Notes: a model not told the origin generated them from the sequence alone. A DNA stretch of 64,000 bases from a virus (IMGVR_UViG_3300021376_000029:21289-85288), one strand, 5' to 3'; positions 48,080 through 58,063 are shown, counted from the stretch's first letter. Numbers and translations are program-made.

Positions 48080-51000
48080 GTAGTTATTACAACTCTAGAA
48101 CTATAACCATTACCACCAGCATTTCCTCTGTTTGGATCATTAACTCCACCTTCAACAGTGTTTGCAAATAATCTAGTTTCTCCACTGGAAACTAGTGAAC
48201 CATTTATATAACCAGATCCACCACCACCTCCAGAAGCGTTTCTAGTACCCTGACCAAAGTCATTTCCACCGCCGCCACCACCACCACCGTAGTAACCACC
48301 GCCACCACCGCCGCCGCCACCAGCATTTGGATAACCACCTGTTTGTCCAGCGCCACCAGAACCACCCTGTAAGGCGCCACCCGAACTTCCTCCAGCGGAT
48401 CCGCCACCGCCGCCACTATTTTGTGTACCTCCGCCGCCGCCAGTTGAACCAATTTGCGAATCAGAAGAACTAGCACCTGAATTTCCAGAAAGACCACCGC
48501 CATGACCGCCAGCAGATGAACCATGACCAAATCCAGTTCCTCCAGCTCCACCAGCCATCATAATGGCATTTCCTTGAGTAATACTAGTTCCAGAAAATAA
48601 TCCTGCATATCCTCCTCCATTTTCTCTACTAGGCCATCCAGAACTAGAACCAGCACTGCCATCACCAGCATTTAATCTTACACTATAAGTATTTCCATTA
48701 GTAAATGATACATTACCATAAGAATATCCGCCAGTACCGCTGGACCTTCCCTGACCCCACATTTTTACAGTGCGTGAAATAGTTCGCAATGCAGTTAATG
48801 TATAGGTAGTTGAATTGCTTCCATCTAAAATTAATGGTCCATCCATAATTAAAGACCAGTTTGTTTTACCAGCAATAGCAGGAGAAATTTCAAAATCGTA
48901 CCCATATGTCAATACAAAAATAATTAATCCATCTTGACCACTTCTACCTGCCTGATATCCTCCAGCACTAGCTACAAAATCATTCCATAAGGTTCCAATT
49001 CCTCCTGGATTTGCACCACCAGCAGCTCCACCAGCGCCTGGAGCCGATATAATACTAGTATCCGATGGACCCAAATATGCAGTATCAACAAATCCAGAAC
49101 CGCCGCCGCCACCGCCGCCAGAACAATCATTATTTCCCCCGCCACCTCCGCCACCGCCGTAGTAACCACCACCGCCACCACCGCCTCTTCTGCTGACATT
49201 AGTGGCAGTGCCACCACCGAATCCACCATTCATGAATCCAGATCCACCACCAGACGTATAAAAAGAACCATTCTGACCACCAGCTACGCCGCTGCCGCCA
49301 AAACTTTGTGTGCCTGGATTACCACCATTTCCTGAAGGCTGGCCACCGCCGCCGCTTCCATTACCATTACCGCCGCCGCCAGGACCAGCTTGACCTGCGC
49401 CGCCACCGCCGCCAGCAATCGCAACTAGATTTTGAGCGCCGCCTGCTGTGCCAGAAGCATATTTAAATAATCCCGCCCAACCACCACCTCGTCCTGCTCC
49501 AAATCCAGCTTGACCAGTATCAGATCCATTAGATGTAGATCCAACTTTTGCAAGGAACATATCTCCACTTGTCACATCAATAACACCACTTATATAACCA
49601 CCAGCACCACCACTACTACTTACGCATTCGCCAGTTCCTTCACCACCCGCACCCCATATATGAAATCTAATTTTTTCTACTCCCGTTGGTATAGTAAAAT
49701 TAGCAACACCTGCTGTTCTATAAACTACTGTCTCACTTGACTGAATTACAGTTATATCAGCTTCATTTGATAAAATTGTTATAGAATATGGATTACTTAA
49801 AATACATCGGTAGAGATCACGATTATCTGATGAACTAGCAGATAAAATAGTATAAGAAGAAGAATTGGCACCAGTTATAGAATTCCATGTTGAAGTTCCA
49901 TAATCTTTTTTCTGCCATTGATATTGTATTGTTTCATTTGGTAATTGTGGAATTGATGCTGCGAGACTGACAACAGCATTAGTTCCAGCTTGAACAATAA
50001 TTGATGTTGGTTGCTGTGATATTATAATATTGGTTTGTTCTATAATTAATCTTGAGTCGCTGTTTACATCTCCAGCACCATCTCTATATGGATCTGATGT
50101 ATTTGCAAGTGTTGAAGTATATCCACTTACTGCAGATACTGCAACAAATCCAGATCCACCACCACCTCCTGTTGAACGATCATAAAATCCAGCACCACCG
50201 CCCCCACCAAAATATCCACCACCACCGCCGCCGCCACCATAAGTAGAAACACCCCCATTTCCACCTTGAAGGGCAGAACCATTTATACCATCATTAACTA
50301 CTGTAGTATATGTTATTTTAATATATGCATTTGTAGTTCCTGTTGAAACAGAAGCACCAGAAACATAAGTACTACTGTAATAACCATTTCCACCCTGGCC
50401 GCCGCCGCCAGTGGTACTATTACCAGACCTCATACCACCACCTTGTACGCCACCAGGGGCACCGCCGCCACCACCTCCCCCTGCACTGTTGAAAGCATCA
50501 GAAGGAGTTCCGCCTGTGCCACCATTGGAAGCATTGAGAGTGGTTGTTAATTGATTAGAGGTACTTCCATTGATATCTCCCGTCAGTTCAGGTATGTAAA
50601 TTTGCATACCACCGCCACCGCCGCCGCCACCACCTGCAATAAGTAAACGAGTAGTGCCTATAGAAATAGAACTGGATCCACCACCACCACCGCCAGAGGC
50701 ACCCCAATGTTCATCATCATCGCTAACAGGAGTGGAACCACCAGTTCCACCACTGTTTAGACCAGCGCCAGCTGCGCCACCAGAAGCACCAAAATAATTA
50801 GCAGATCCATTACCTCCATTTCCAGCTATATGCAAAGATAATGTTTGACCAGCAACTTGAGAAGGATTTAGCGTACCAACAATTTTTTGACCTCTTGCTC
50901 CAGATCCGCCTGGATAAGTTTGGTTAGTACTCCCCTGTTTAACACCAGTACCACCAGTACCACCAGTACCACCTACAATTTCATAAGTTATATTTGAAAC

Positions 51001-53538
51001 TCCTGCAGGAATATTAATAGTACTAGTACCTACAGTATTAAAAGTTTCAGTTCCTGACTCACCAAATCCCGATCCACCCGCACCAGAACTTGATTGTGTA
51101 GCACCTTTACCTCCATCATAACTATTAATTGGAGATCTGTAAATATTAAAAGCGTTTCCAAAATCTCCTGCTCCGAGCCCGCATGTTCCACATGTTGTTC
51201 CATCACCACACCAACCATAGACAGAACCCTGATAAGTTGATGGGTAATACCGATAATCATTAACTAAAACAAAACCATTAGTAACTATAGTAGAAGGACC
51301 ATTATAAATTACTGATCCATCCCATTTAATAACTAATTGTCTTATATCTCCTGTTCCTCCTATTCCTGGAGTAGGACTAGAACTACTTCCACCCGTTCTT
51401 GTGTACCATCCATAACTAGGACCACCAGCACAAGCTGGGTTTGAATTGACTACAGATGCAGTTTGAATGGCACTTGTTCCTCCACCAACACCAGGAATAT
51501 TAAATGCATCTCCACCAACCAATCCACCACCAGAACCACCAGAATATACACAAGTGTTAGTGGTACTAGCACCACCACCACCAGCCCCGCCAGCAATTGC
51601 TAATGCATTCGCCTGATCAACAGTAGTACCATTGAATAATCCAGCATAACCACCTCCAGAAGAGGAACTACCAGAACCTTGAGCAGTTCCCACATTTGTA
51701 CTTGGGAATGCTTTATTTCCCCCCCACACAATTCTTACAGCACCACCACCTGGAATTCCACCAAAAGTTCCTGGTATCCAAGCTGATGCAAACTCATTCG
51801 CTCCTCCACTACCACCACCATATAATCCACCAGCACCACCATTATGAACACTAGATGGATCTCCATTAGCGCCACCAGATCCACCTCCACCACCATCACC
51901 CCCATAAGATGTTGAAGGTGCTCCTACACCATTAGCACCCTGACCAAATAATCCTACGCCGCCTCCACCGCCGCCTTTTCTTTTACCATCATTTGAATCT
52001 GTGTTTGAATGTCCAGAGCCGCCTCCACCGCCGCCGCCAGAACCAGAGTATCCAAAAAGAGTATCAGCATTACCACCATTTCCACTATATCCACCAGCAC
52101 CACCGCCACCACCTCCCCATGAAGTTTGAACACTGCCATTACCACCATTTCCACCACCAGTTCCAGTGTAGGAACCGCCAGAAGTATCACCCAAACAACC
52201 ACTCCTTCCTCCACCACCTTTAACGGTGGACGAATTAATGAAGTATGAATCACCACCATGACTTGAAGTAGTTCCAGCTGCGCCAACAACTACTGTATAA
52301 GATTGTCCTGGTGTGACACTGATACTATTTTTCCAACCAAGGCCGCCACCGCCGCCACCAGATCCACCGCCTCGGCCGCCTCCACCGACACAAACAACAC
52401 TAACTGAATTAACTCCTGCTGGGCAAATCCAAGTATAAGTTCCTGCTGCTGCATATACTGATTCATTGGCAGGAGTAGTACCAGAACCAGCACCAGCATT
52501 TAATTTTACAGTAAAAACTTGAGATTGAATTACTGGAAATGCAGCTTCAGTATATCCTCCTGTTGAACTGCAACTTCCTTGTCCCCACATTTTTGATAGA
52601 AACTTTGTTCTATTTGGATCCAGAGATTTAATTGTATATTGCTGAGCGTTTGACGGATCCAAAATTAATGGACCATCAACAGATAATCTCCAAAATGCAA
52701 TATTATTGATAGCAGGTGTTACTTCAAAATCTGCACCAGTAACAATAATTCTTACAGTATCACTAATTTTAGTATCTGCATCAGGATGACTGACAATACA
52801 TCTGTAACTATCACCGCTATCTATTAATGTGCTTAAATTTGGTGTAGTATAAGAAGTTGATGTTGCACCAGATATATTTTGAAAAGTTTCGGATTCAAAT
52901 TCACGCTTCTGCCATTGATATTGTATTCCAGTTCCACTGCTCAATGTTACAGCAACAGAAAATGTTGCAGTGGTTCCATTAACATATGATGCCTGAGCAG
53001 TTGGTTGCTGAGTGATTGTAAGAACACGACGAACTGTTAATAATGCTTCGCTTGATGTAACGGGACTATTTTCAACACCTGTTGCAGATACAACACAACG
53101 ATAACTATCACCATTATCACTATCAAAACTTAAAGTAGCAATAGTATATTGAGAACTAGTAGCACCACTAATTGTACTCCAAGTACTAGTATTAAATTCT
53201 TTTTTCTGCCATTGATACTCTGGTATTGCATCACTGTTTAATACTAGTGCTGATACTAAAAACGTAGCGGTTGAAGTTTCATTAGCAGTAACATTAACTG
53301 GTCCCGAAACAAGTAGTGTGGGAGTTCTAGTTATACCACTACCGCTAGTGTAAGAATTATAAACATCAGCACTAACAACTGGACTTACATCTTTTGTATT
53401 AATTTCATAATCTTGTGCATTAATATTTGTTTCTGTTACTGCCCAATATGTACTCGGTTCAACTCCATTCCCACTAGTATTTTCAGAATCTTTGGGAATA
53501 TATTGTATGTTATTATGAAATGGTGTTATTTCACTCAT
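48076..53538 (-). CDS. Ig-like domain and glycine-rich virion protein (putative adhesin/fibre)
   Basis: Three YQWQK..ISGA.S.SYT..D.YRC Ig-like units and several polyglycine GGGGGGYYGGGGG domains. Confidence 0.8.
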   Translation of the reverse strand: MSEITPFHNNIQYIPKDSENTSGNGVEPSTYWAVTETNINAQDYEINTKDVSPVVSADVYNSYTSGSGITRTPTLLVSGPVNVTANETSTATFLVSALVLNSDAIPEYQWQKKEFNTSTWSTISGATSSQYTIATLSFDSDNGDSYRCVVSATGVENSPVTSSEALLTVRRVLTITQQPTAQASYVNGTTATFSVAVTLSSGTGIQYQWQKREFESETFQNISGATSTSYTTPNLSTLIDSGDSYRCIVSHPDADTKISDTVRIIVTGADFEVTPAINNIAFWRLSVDGPLILDPSNAQQYTIKSLDPNRTKFLSKMWGQGSCSSTGGYTEAAFPVIQSQVFTVKLNAGAGSGTTPANESVYAAAGTYTWICPAGVNSVSVVCVGGGGRGGGSGGGGGGLGWKNSISVTPGQSYTVVVGAAGTTSSHGGDSYFINSSTVKGGGGRSGCLGDTSGGSYTGTGGGNGGNGSVQTSWGGGGGGAGGYSGNGGNADTLFGYSGSGGGGGGGSGHSNTDSNDGKRKGGGGGGVGLFGQGANGVGAPSTSYGGDGGGGGSGGANGDPSSVHNGGAGGLYGGGSGGANEFASAWIPGTFGGIPGGGAVRIVWGGNKAFPSTNVGTAQGSGSSSSGGGYAGLFNGTTVDQANALAIAGGAGGGGASTTNTCVYSGGSGGGLVGGDAFNIPGVGGGTSAIQTASVVNSNPACAGGPSYGWYTRTGGSSSSPTPGIGGTGDIRQLVIKWDGSVIYNGPSTIVTNGFVLVNDYRYYPSTYQGSVYGWCGDGTTCGTCGLGAGDFGNAFNIYRSPINSYDGGKGATQSSSGAGGSGFGESGTETFNTVGTSTINIPAGVSNITYEIVGGTGGTGGTGVKQGSTNQTYPGGSGARGQKIVGTLNPSQVAGQTLSLHIAGNGGNGSANYFGASGGAAGAGLNSGGTGGSTPVSDDDEHWGASGGGGGGSSSISIGTTRLLIAGGGGGGGGGMQIYIPELTGDINGSTSNQLTTTLNASNGGTGGTPSDAFNSAGGGGGGGAPGGVQGGGMRSGNSTTGGGGQGGNGYYSSTYVSGASVSTGTTNAYIKITYTTVVNDGINGSALQGGNGGVSTYGGGGGGGGYFGGGGGAGFYDRSTGGGGGSGFVAVSAVSGYTSTLANTSDPYRDGAGDVNSDSRLIIEQTNIIISQQPTSIIVQAGTNAVVSLAASIPQLPNETIQYQWQKKDYGTSTWNSITGANSSSYTILSASSSDNRDLYRCILSNPYSITILSNEADITVIQSSETVVYRTAGVANFTIPTGVEKIRFHIWGAGGEGTGECVSSSGGAGGYISGVIDVTSGDMFLAKVGSTSNGSDTGQAGFGAGRGGGWAGLFKYASGTAGGAQNLVAIAGGGGGAGQAGPGGGGNGNGSGGGGQPSGNGGNPGTQSFGGSGVAGGQNGSFYTSGGGSGFMNGGFGGGTATNVSRRGGGGGGGYYGGGGGGGGNNDCSGGGGGGGSGFVDTAYLGPSDTSIISAPGAGGAAGGANPGGIGTLWNDFVASAGGYQAGRSGQDGLIIFVLTYGYDFEISPAIAGKTNWSLIMDGPLILDGSNSTTYTLTALRTISRTVKMWGQGRSSGTGGYSYGNVSFTNGNTYSVRLNAGDGSAGSSSGWPSRENGGGYAGLFSGTSITQGNAIMMAGGAGGTGFGHGSSAGGHGGGLSGNSGASSSDSQIGSTGGGGGTQNSGGGGGSAGGSSGGALQGGSGGAGQTGGYPNAGGGGGGGGGYYGGGGGGGGNDFGQGTRNASGGGGGSGYINGSLVSSGETRLFANTVEGGVNDPNRGNAGGNGYSSRVVITT

Positions 53539-53840
53539 ACCACAAACACTTTTGGAGATCCAGTAATTTCAGGAAAACTTCCTGTAATACCAAGTGCGAG
53601 TGAAGATAGTCTTCCTACAGCAAGTTTATTCACAAAAACTTTTGGTGAACCAGTGAGAACTGGTGCCACATGTGTTTGGCAGCATGTGGGACAGGGAACT
53701 ATTTCCTGATAAGGAATAGTTTGTTTACCAATGGTACTAACTGCGAGTACATTTGCAAAGACATTAGGAGATCCTGTTCCTTGAGTAGGAACATTACATC
53801 TTTTCATGTATTGATCCCCAATCCTCCCTGCTGCTAACAT
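53535..53840 (-). CDS. PAAR-domain spike-tip protein (gp5.4-like)
   Basis: AAGRIGD, GSPNVFAN, GSPKVFVN..AVGR, GSPKVF repeats; Cys/His residues. Confidence 0.85.
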   Translation of the reverse strand: MLAAGRIGDQYMKRCNVPTQGTGSPNVFANVLAVSTIGKQTIPYQEIVPCPTCCQTHVAPVLTGSPKVFVNKLAVGRLSSLALGITGSFPEITGSPKVFVV

Positions 53841-53864
53841 CTTACTATATCAACCAAAATTTAT

Positions 53865-54899
53865 TTATGTCGGAGGTAACGTATAAGTCACCCCTGAAAG
53901 AGTTGCAACACCGATGGTTTCTTTAGGATACTTTGGACCATAGGTTTTTGTAGTGAACGTTGTTGATGTGAACGTTTGACCATAACGTTGATCTTGTTCT
54001 GTTAATGGTCTTTGACGTGTTTTTAAAATTTCATCTAAAATTTTAGAATAATCATTTGTGTTTTTTACAACATGAGTAATGTTATGATATTCAGTTCCTG
54101 ATTCAGGAATTGTGTAATTATTCAACCAAGAGTTTTTAATAGATGAATCAACATATTCCCATATTCCCCAATTAACATGACGAACCCAATCTACTTTAAT
54201 TTTAAATGTTAATGTGGTTTTCTCTCTCTGATCTGGAATAAAAGAAACTAAATTATCAATTCTTTCAGGAAGTTCAAATAAACTTCTTGCAGTATAAATT
54301 GTACCTTTATCATCATTCGTATAATCAAGTTGATTATAACAAAATACAGCGTTATTATATGCGCCCGCAATCCTAAGATCAGGCCATGTGGGGACAGATA
54401 CACTGTATGAGGATGATACAGTTCTAGAACCTGCCATTGCATTTGTAATTAATATTGCATTTTTAGTACCCGTATTAATAATTTTAGTTAAACGAACCCC
54501 CTGACCTTGAGAATCTGCAGTACCTAGCGCCTCAGCGGTAAACCAATCTCCTTTTTCATTATGACAAATACCATCACCATTAGGTCCATTATCTACAACC
54601 CAATTAACATCTGATGGTATTTTAAAAATATTTACTCCTTCAATACCAACATCAGTTGATAATGCTGCCCTACCGCCCCTGACACCAGTATTCGCAAATC
54701 CAGTGTATGAACCACGAGTCGTTCCAGCATAGGTAGCTGACCGTATTGAATTTGCTGAATTAGCGAAAATGGTATGAGAAAAACTTCTAAACAGATTTAC
54801 ATCAGGAATTATAGGAGTTTTATATCCCGACAAAAAATCATAATTCCCTTTAGCACCAGGATAATTATTATATTCAGTACTAACATAGATCTGACTCAT
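53865..54899 (-). CDS. Hypothetical (probable virion) protein
   Basis: 344-aa ORF upstream of PAAR, ATGA-coupled. Confidence 0.65.
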   Translation of the reverse strand: MSQIYVSTEYNNYPGAKGNYDFLSGYKTPIIPDVNLFRSFSHTIFANSANSIRSATYAGTTRGSYTGFANTGVRGGRAALSTDVGIEGVNIFKIPSDVNWVVDNGPNGDGICHNEKGDWFTAEALGTADSQGQGVRLTKIINTGTKNAILITNAMAGSRTVSSSYSVSVPTWPDLRIAGAYNNAVFCYNQLDYTNDDKGTIYTARSLFELPERIDNLVSFIPDQREKTTLTFKIKVDWVRHVNWGIWEYVDSSIKNSWLNNYTIPESGTEYHNITHVVKNTNDYSKILDEILKTRQRPLTEQDQRYGQTFTSTTFTTKTYGPKYPKETIGVATLSGVTYTLPPT

Positions 54900-55108
54900 T
54901 TTTCTTCTAATTCTTTTATTTTATGATGTAAATAATCTAATGTATCTGTAATCTTTTCGTACTCTTCACTTCCTGGTCTCTTATACATTAGATCAGGATT
55001 TATTAAACGAACAACAATTTCTTCTAGATTATTTATTCTCTGTAATACATCATTAAAGTCTAATAAGTAACTATCATCATTCTCCATAGACCTCCCCTCC
55101 AATTTCAA
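54896..55108 (-). CDS. Hypothetical protein
   Basis: LMYKRPG.EEYEKI..TLDYL; true start possibly at MENDD. Confidence 0.7.
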   Translation of the reverse strand: MKLEGRSMENDDSYLLDFNDVLQRINNLEEIVVRLINPDLMYKRPGSEEYEKITDTLDYLHHKIKELEEK

Positions 55109-55265
55109 GGCTTAAAGCGGTTACTTGTTTTTTTGTCCTATATTTTTTTGCTTTGTCAATATTAGTTGTCCAACAATCATCTCCACCAACATAATAAAGA
55201 TAAGGATCTTTAAGGTATTTTGAAGTATTCTCCCTACGCAAATACCAATCTTTATTCGTTGCCAT
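55077..55265 (-). CDS. Hypothetical protein
   Basis: 62-aa ORF, YYVG..WT..AKKY motif. Confidence 0.65.
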   Translation of the reverse strand: MATNKDWYLRRENTSKYLKDPYLYYVGGDDCWTTNIDKAKKYRTKKQVTALSLEIGGEVYGE

Positions 55266-55404
55266 AATAGTTGATTATAATATCATCTGTACTTATATTT
55301 AACGATTCAATCTCTGTCATAAAGCTCTCAATGTAATCCATTGCTTCATCATAATCTTTAAAGAATTTTTCTTCATTCCGACAAACCTTTACTCCTATGT
55401 TCAT
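55252..55404 (-). CDS. Small hypothetical protein (50 aa)
   Basis: Manual translation MNIGVKVCRNEEKFFKDYDEAMDYIE...; ATGA overlap with the glutaredoxin stop. Confidence 0.55.
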   Translation of the reverse strand: MNIGVKVCRNEEKFFKDYDEAMDYIESFMTEIESLNISTDDIIINYYGNE

Positions 55405-55634
55405 AGTAACCCAACATTCCTTAGATAAACAATCGTCTCATTACATCCCCCTAACAGAGCACCATCTTTGAATATCTTCGGAAATGTAGCACCATGTCCG
55501 AATTGCTCAACAAATTGCTCTTTCGTGTACTGGGAGTCTAATTTCATTTCTACATAAGATTCTCCAATATTACTCAGTACAGTTTTAATCTGTTCGCAAT
55601 ATCCACAACCATCGCGTGTATAAATCGTGTACAT
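55401..55634 (-). CDS. nrdC: Glutaredoxin
   Basis: IYTRDGCGYC..TFPKIF..LGGC. Confidence 0.9.
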   Translation of the reverse strand: MYTIYTRDGCGYCEQIKTVLSNIGESYVEMKLDSQYTKEQFVEQFGHGATFPKIFKDGALLGGCNETIVYLRNVGLL

Positions 55635-55651
55635 AAAGTTTCTCTAAAATT

Positions 55652-55840
55652 TTATTCTACCTCATCCTCTTCATCTTCGTCAAGCTTTCTCTGAAGATCA
55701 TAAAGGACTTCTTCATATTCATCCCTATCATACTCATCAGAGTTCTCTACGGCAAATTCAAGGGCATTTAATATAATGTCTATTTCTTGTTCGCTAAGTG
55801 TTAAAATTACGTCGGTCATCTGAGATTGGTCAACTGTCAT
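55652..55840 (-). CDS. Small acidic hypothetical protein
   Basis: 62-aa ORF in the operon frame. Confidence 0.6.
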   Translation of the reverse strand: MTVDQSQMTDVILTLSEQEIDIILNALEFAVENSDEYDRDEYEEVLYDLQRKLDEDEEDEVE

Positions 55841-55992
55841 TATATATGAAATTGGAAAATTTTTTGGAAAAATTTTTTTATAAAACAGAGTACCTTAAGG
55901 TCGGTTGGGAACCTTTGTAGGTTAGAAGGGACCCTTAAGTTTTCAACACGGCGCCTCGGGGTCAACCCCGCTCGGGGCGGGGCAACTGCTGA

Positions 55993-56187
55993 TCACTGCC
56001 AGCGGGTCTGGTGGTCGGTGTCTGCCATGAAGCGAGCGGACCCGCTGCTGCCCATGACTCGGGTCATGATAAGATCAGCACGGCGTGGGCGGCGGGTCGG
56101 AAGTCGTTTGATCTTGAACTCGCCTGCCTCAATCTTGGCGGTCAGTTCGGCAGAGGTCATCGGAGCGGGGAGGGTGTTCAGTGCCAT
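55993..56187 (-). CDS. Early hypothetical protein
   Basis: ATG directly after a repeated promoter/leader module. Confidence 0.7.
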   Translation of the reverse strand: MALNTLPAPMTSAELTAKIEAGEFKIKRLPTRRPRRADLIMTRVMGSSGSARFMADTDHQTRWQ

Positions 56188-56228
56188 GGGTGTTTGGTTG
56201 ATGTGGTTAGTCTAGACGGTCTGGAGGG

Positions 56229-56396
56229 TCAGCGACCATCCCAGCAGTCAGTTGTCCAACCGTCGCGCTCAGCACGGCGGCGGTCGTAGGCGTCTGCATC
56301 CATCAGGTCGTCATGCTCGGGAAGCATCCACCCATCGGGCAGGGTCTCGTATTGACCAGTCTGGAAGTTGTAGCGAGTGGGTTGGTTGTTTTTCAT
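56229..56396 (-). CDS. Early hypothetical protein (55 aa)
   Basis: Manual translation MKNNQPTRYNFQTGQYETLPDGW..., directly after a promoter module. Confidence 0.6.
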   Translation of the reverse strand: MKNNQPTRYNFQTGQYETLPDGWMLPEHDDLMDADAYDRRRAERDGWTTDCWDGR

Positions 56397-56419
56397 GCTG
56401 TCAGTCTACAGGGTCGCGG

Positions 56420-56566
56420 TCAGTGGTTGGCGGCGAACTGTGCCACCTTGTCTGCTGTCACACGGTCTAGGGTTTGGGCGGCGTTGACCAGCGACCCTAG
56501 GGTGTTGCTGAACATCAGGCAGATCCCAGCGATGAGAGCAAGACGGATCAGGTTAGGCATGGGCAT
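56420..56566 (-). CDS. Small membrane/secreted hypothetical protein
   Basis: MPMPNLIRLALIAGICLMFS hydrophobic N-terminus; start trimmed relative to the ORF track. Confidence 0.55.
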   Translation of the reverse strand: MPMPNLIRLALIAGICLMFSNTLGSLVNAAQTLDRVTADKVAQFAANH

Positions 56567-56568
56567 GA

Positions 56569-56742
56569 TCAGGAAGGGATCAGGTGGGCGAACTGTGCCA
56601 TGCTGCTGGGGGCAACATGGGCGGGTGATCCACAGGAGCGGTAGAAGTCTACCATGCTCTCTGCCTCTGCCAGAGTGGGGAACCACTGTGACCGCCACTC
56701 CTGCTGGTTGTATGGGGTCTGGTAGCGGATCTCAATCTTCAT
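56569..56742 (-). CDS. Early hypothetical protein (57 aa)
   Basis: Manual translation MKIEIRYQTPYNQQEWRSQWFPTLAEAESMVDFYRSCGSPA..., after a promoter module. Confidence 0.7.
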   Translation of the reverse strand: MKIEIRYQTPYNQQEWRSQWFPTLAEAESMVDFYRSCGSPAHVAPSSMAQFAHLIPS

Positions 56743-56773
56743 AGGTCTGTTTCGTTTGGTTGATGTGGTTAGT

Positions 56774-57019
56774 CTAGACGGTCACGGTCAGGTGTCGTTG
56801 CAGGAGTGTGCGGTTGATCCACTGACCCATGCTACCCTGGCGGTTGACCAGCAGACGCAGCATATCACGACGGCGGCAGTCATGGGCGGACACGCTGCCC
56901 GAGTGCCACTGTACGATGGCACGACGGGTCAGAGGCGACAGGATCACACGCTCACAGGCAGACGAGGGACGCTGCACGTTGATGAAGACGGGCAGGTGAT
57001 CAAGAGCGAAGTTGGTCAT
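56774..57019 (-). CDS. Early hypothetical protein
   Basis: MTNFALDHLPVFINV..SSAC..SMGQWIN; start placed after the promoter leader. Confidence 0.65.
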   Translation of the reverse strand: MTNFALDHLPVFINVQRPSSACERVILSPLTRRAIVQWHSGSVSAHDCRRRDMLRLLVNRQGSMGQWINRTLLQRHLTVTV

Positions 57020-57089
57020 GGTTCGTTTGGTTGAACTGAGATCAGTATAAGGGATCGGGTGGGGGGACTGCAACCCCCCTGTGGACGGT

Positions 57090-57311
57090 TCAGAAATCGG
57101 TCAGCATGTCATCCAGTTCGTCGGTGTCAATCTTAGCGTCCATCCAACGGGCACCGTCTGGGGTCATCTGCCCCCACAGCATCTCAAGATGGGGAATGAG
57201 AGCATTGTAGCGGGTGAACTTCTGAGCGAGGTTGTAGGTCGTCTCGTCGTTCTGAATCCAGAGAGCGACGTTCCAGGTCTCCCAGTTTGCCCATCCGTTG
57301 AAGGTGGTCAT
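57090..57311 (-). CDS. Early hypothetical protein (NGW.NWETWNV family)
   Basis: FNGWANWETWNVALWIQNDE..TPDG..W is a recognisable phage family. Confidence 0.8.
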   Translation of the reverse strand: MTTFNGWANWETWNVALWIQNDETTYNLAQKFTRYNALIPHLEMLWGQMTPDGARWMDAKIDTDELDDMLTDF

Positions 57312-57391
57312 GATTCGGTTCGTTTGGTTGATGTGGTTAGTCTACAGGGTCAGGGGGGAGAATGGGGGCAGCGGTGCCACCCCCTTGACTG

Positions 57392-57589
57392 TCACATGCC
57401 GTTCAGGAAGTCGTGCAGATCCTCGCGGTATTCTGCCTCGGTCTGGTAGACTCGCCCGTGAATCTCGCGGGGATAGGTGGCAGTGGCAGCGGGTGCCTTG
57501 CTGGGCTCTTTGCCCTGGGAGAGGATCTGAGCAACGTAGGGGTTCACGTCGTAGATCTCGCCAGGCATGTCTTGGATCTCATCCCACAT
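57392..57589 (-). CDS. Early hypothetical protein
   Basis: MWDEIQDMPGEIYD...; follows a promoter module. Confidence 0.7.
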   Translation of the reverse strand: MWDEIQDMPGEIYDVNPYVAQILSQGKEPSKAPAATATYPREIHGRVYQTEAEYREDLHDFLNGM

Positions 57590-57683
57590 AGGTTTGGTTC
57601 GTTTGGTTGATGCTGTTAGTATGGCAGCCCCTGATGGGGTTTGGGGCAGTTGGTGGACAGTGCCTCAACTGTCACATAGTACC

Positions 57684-57857
57684 TTATTCCTCCAGCAGTT
57701 CGGGATAGTATTCTTCAACCTCTGCAATCAGTTCCTCGTCGCTATAACCAGAGAGGTTTTCTTCAATCTGATCGCCTACAATACGCATCAGATCTTTGGT
57801 GGACATGTTATCAAGCAAACGATCAACGTATGCTTCCAGAAGTTCTTGACGGTTCAT
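57684..57857 (-). CDS. Early hypothetical protein (57 aa)
   Basis: Manual translation MNRQELLEAYVDRLLDNMSTKDL..EVEEYYPELLEE. Confidence 0.7.
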   Translation of the reverse strand: MNRQELLEAYVDRLLDNMSTKDLMRIVGDQIEENLSGYSDEELIAEVEEYYPELLEE

Positions 57858-57862
57858 GATGT

Positions 57863-58063
57863 TCAGTTCAGAATGTGACGATAATCAATGGATTTGATAC
57901 ACCAACCTGTCCATGATGTGATCTCTTCAATGAGATCATCTTCATCATCTGCTTCCCAGATATGTCCTACTGTATCGTCAATGATGTCATTCATCTCAGC
58001 AGATGTGATCTCATCTTCAGAACCAGTGAAATCATACTCAATGGAAGTAACTTGGAATTGCAT
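57863..58063 (-). CDS. Early hypothetical protein
   Basis: MQFQVTSIEYDF..WEADDEDDLIEEIT..TGWCIKSIDY; start trimmed relative to the ORF track. Confidence 0.75.
   Translation of the reverse strand: MQFQVTSIEYDFTGSEDEITSAEMNDIIDDTVGHIWEADDEDDLIEEITSWTGWCIKSIDYRHILN

Noticed and set aside
48200-52400. (CCA/CCG)n runs as microsatellite or G-quadruplex elements
   Set aside because: Fully explained by glycine codons of the Gly-rich protein.
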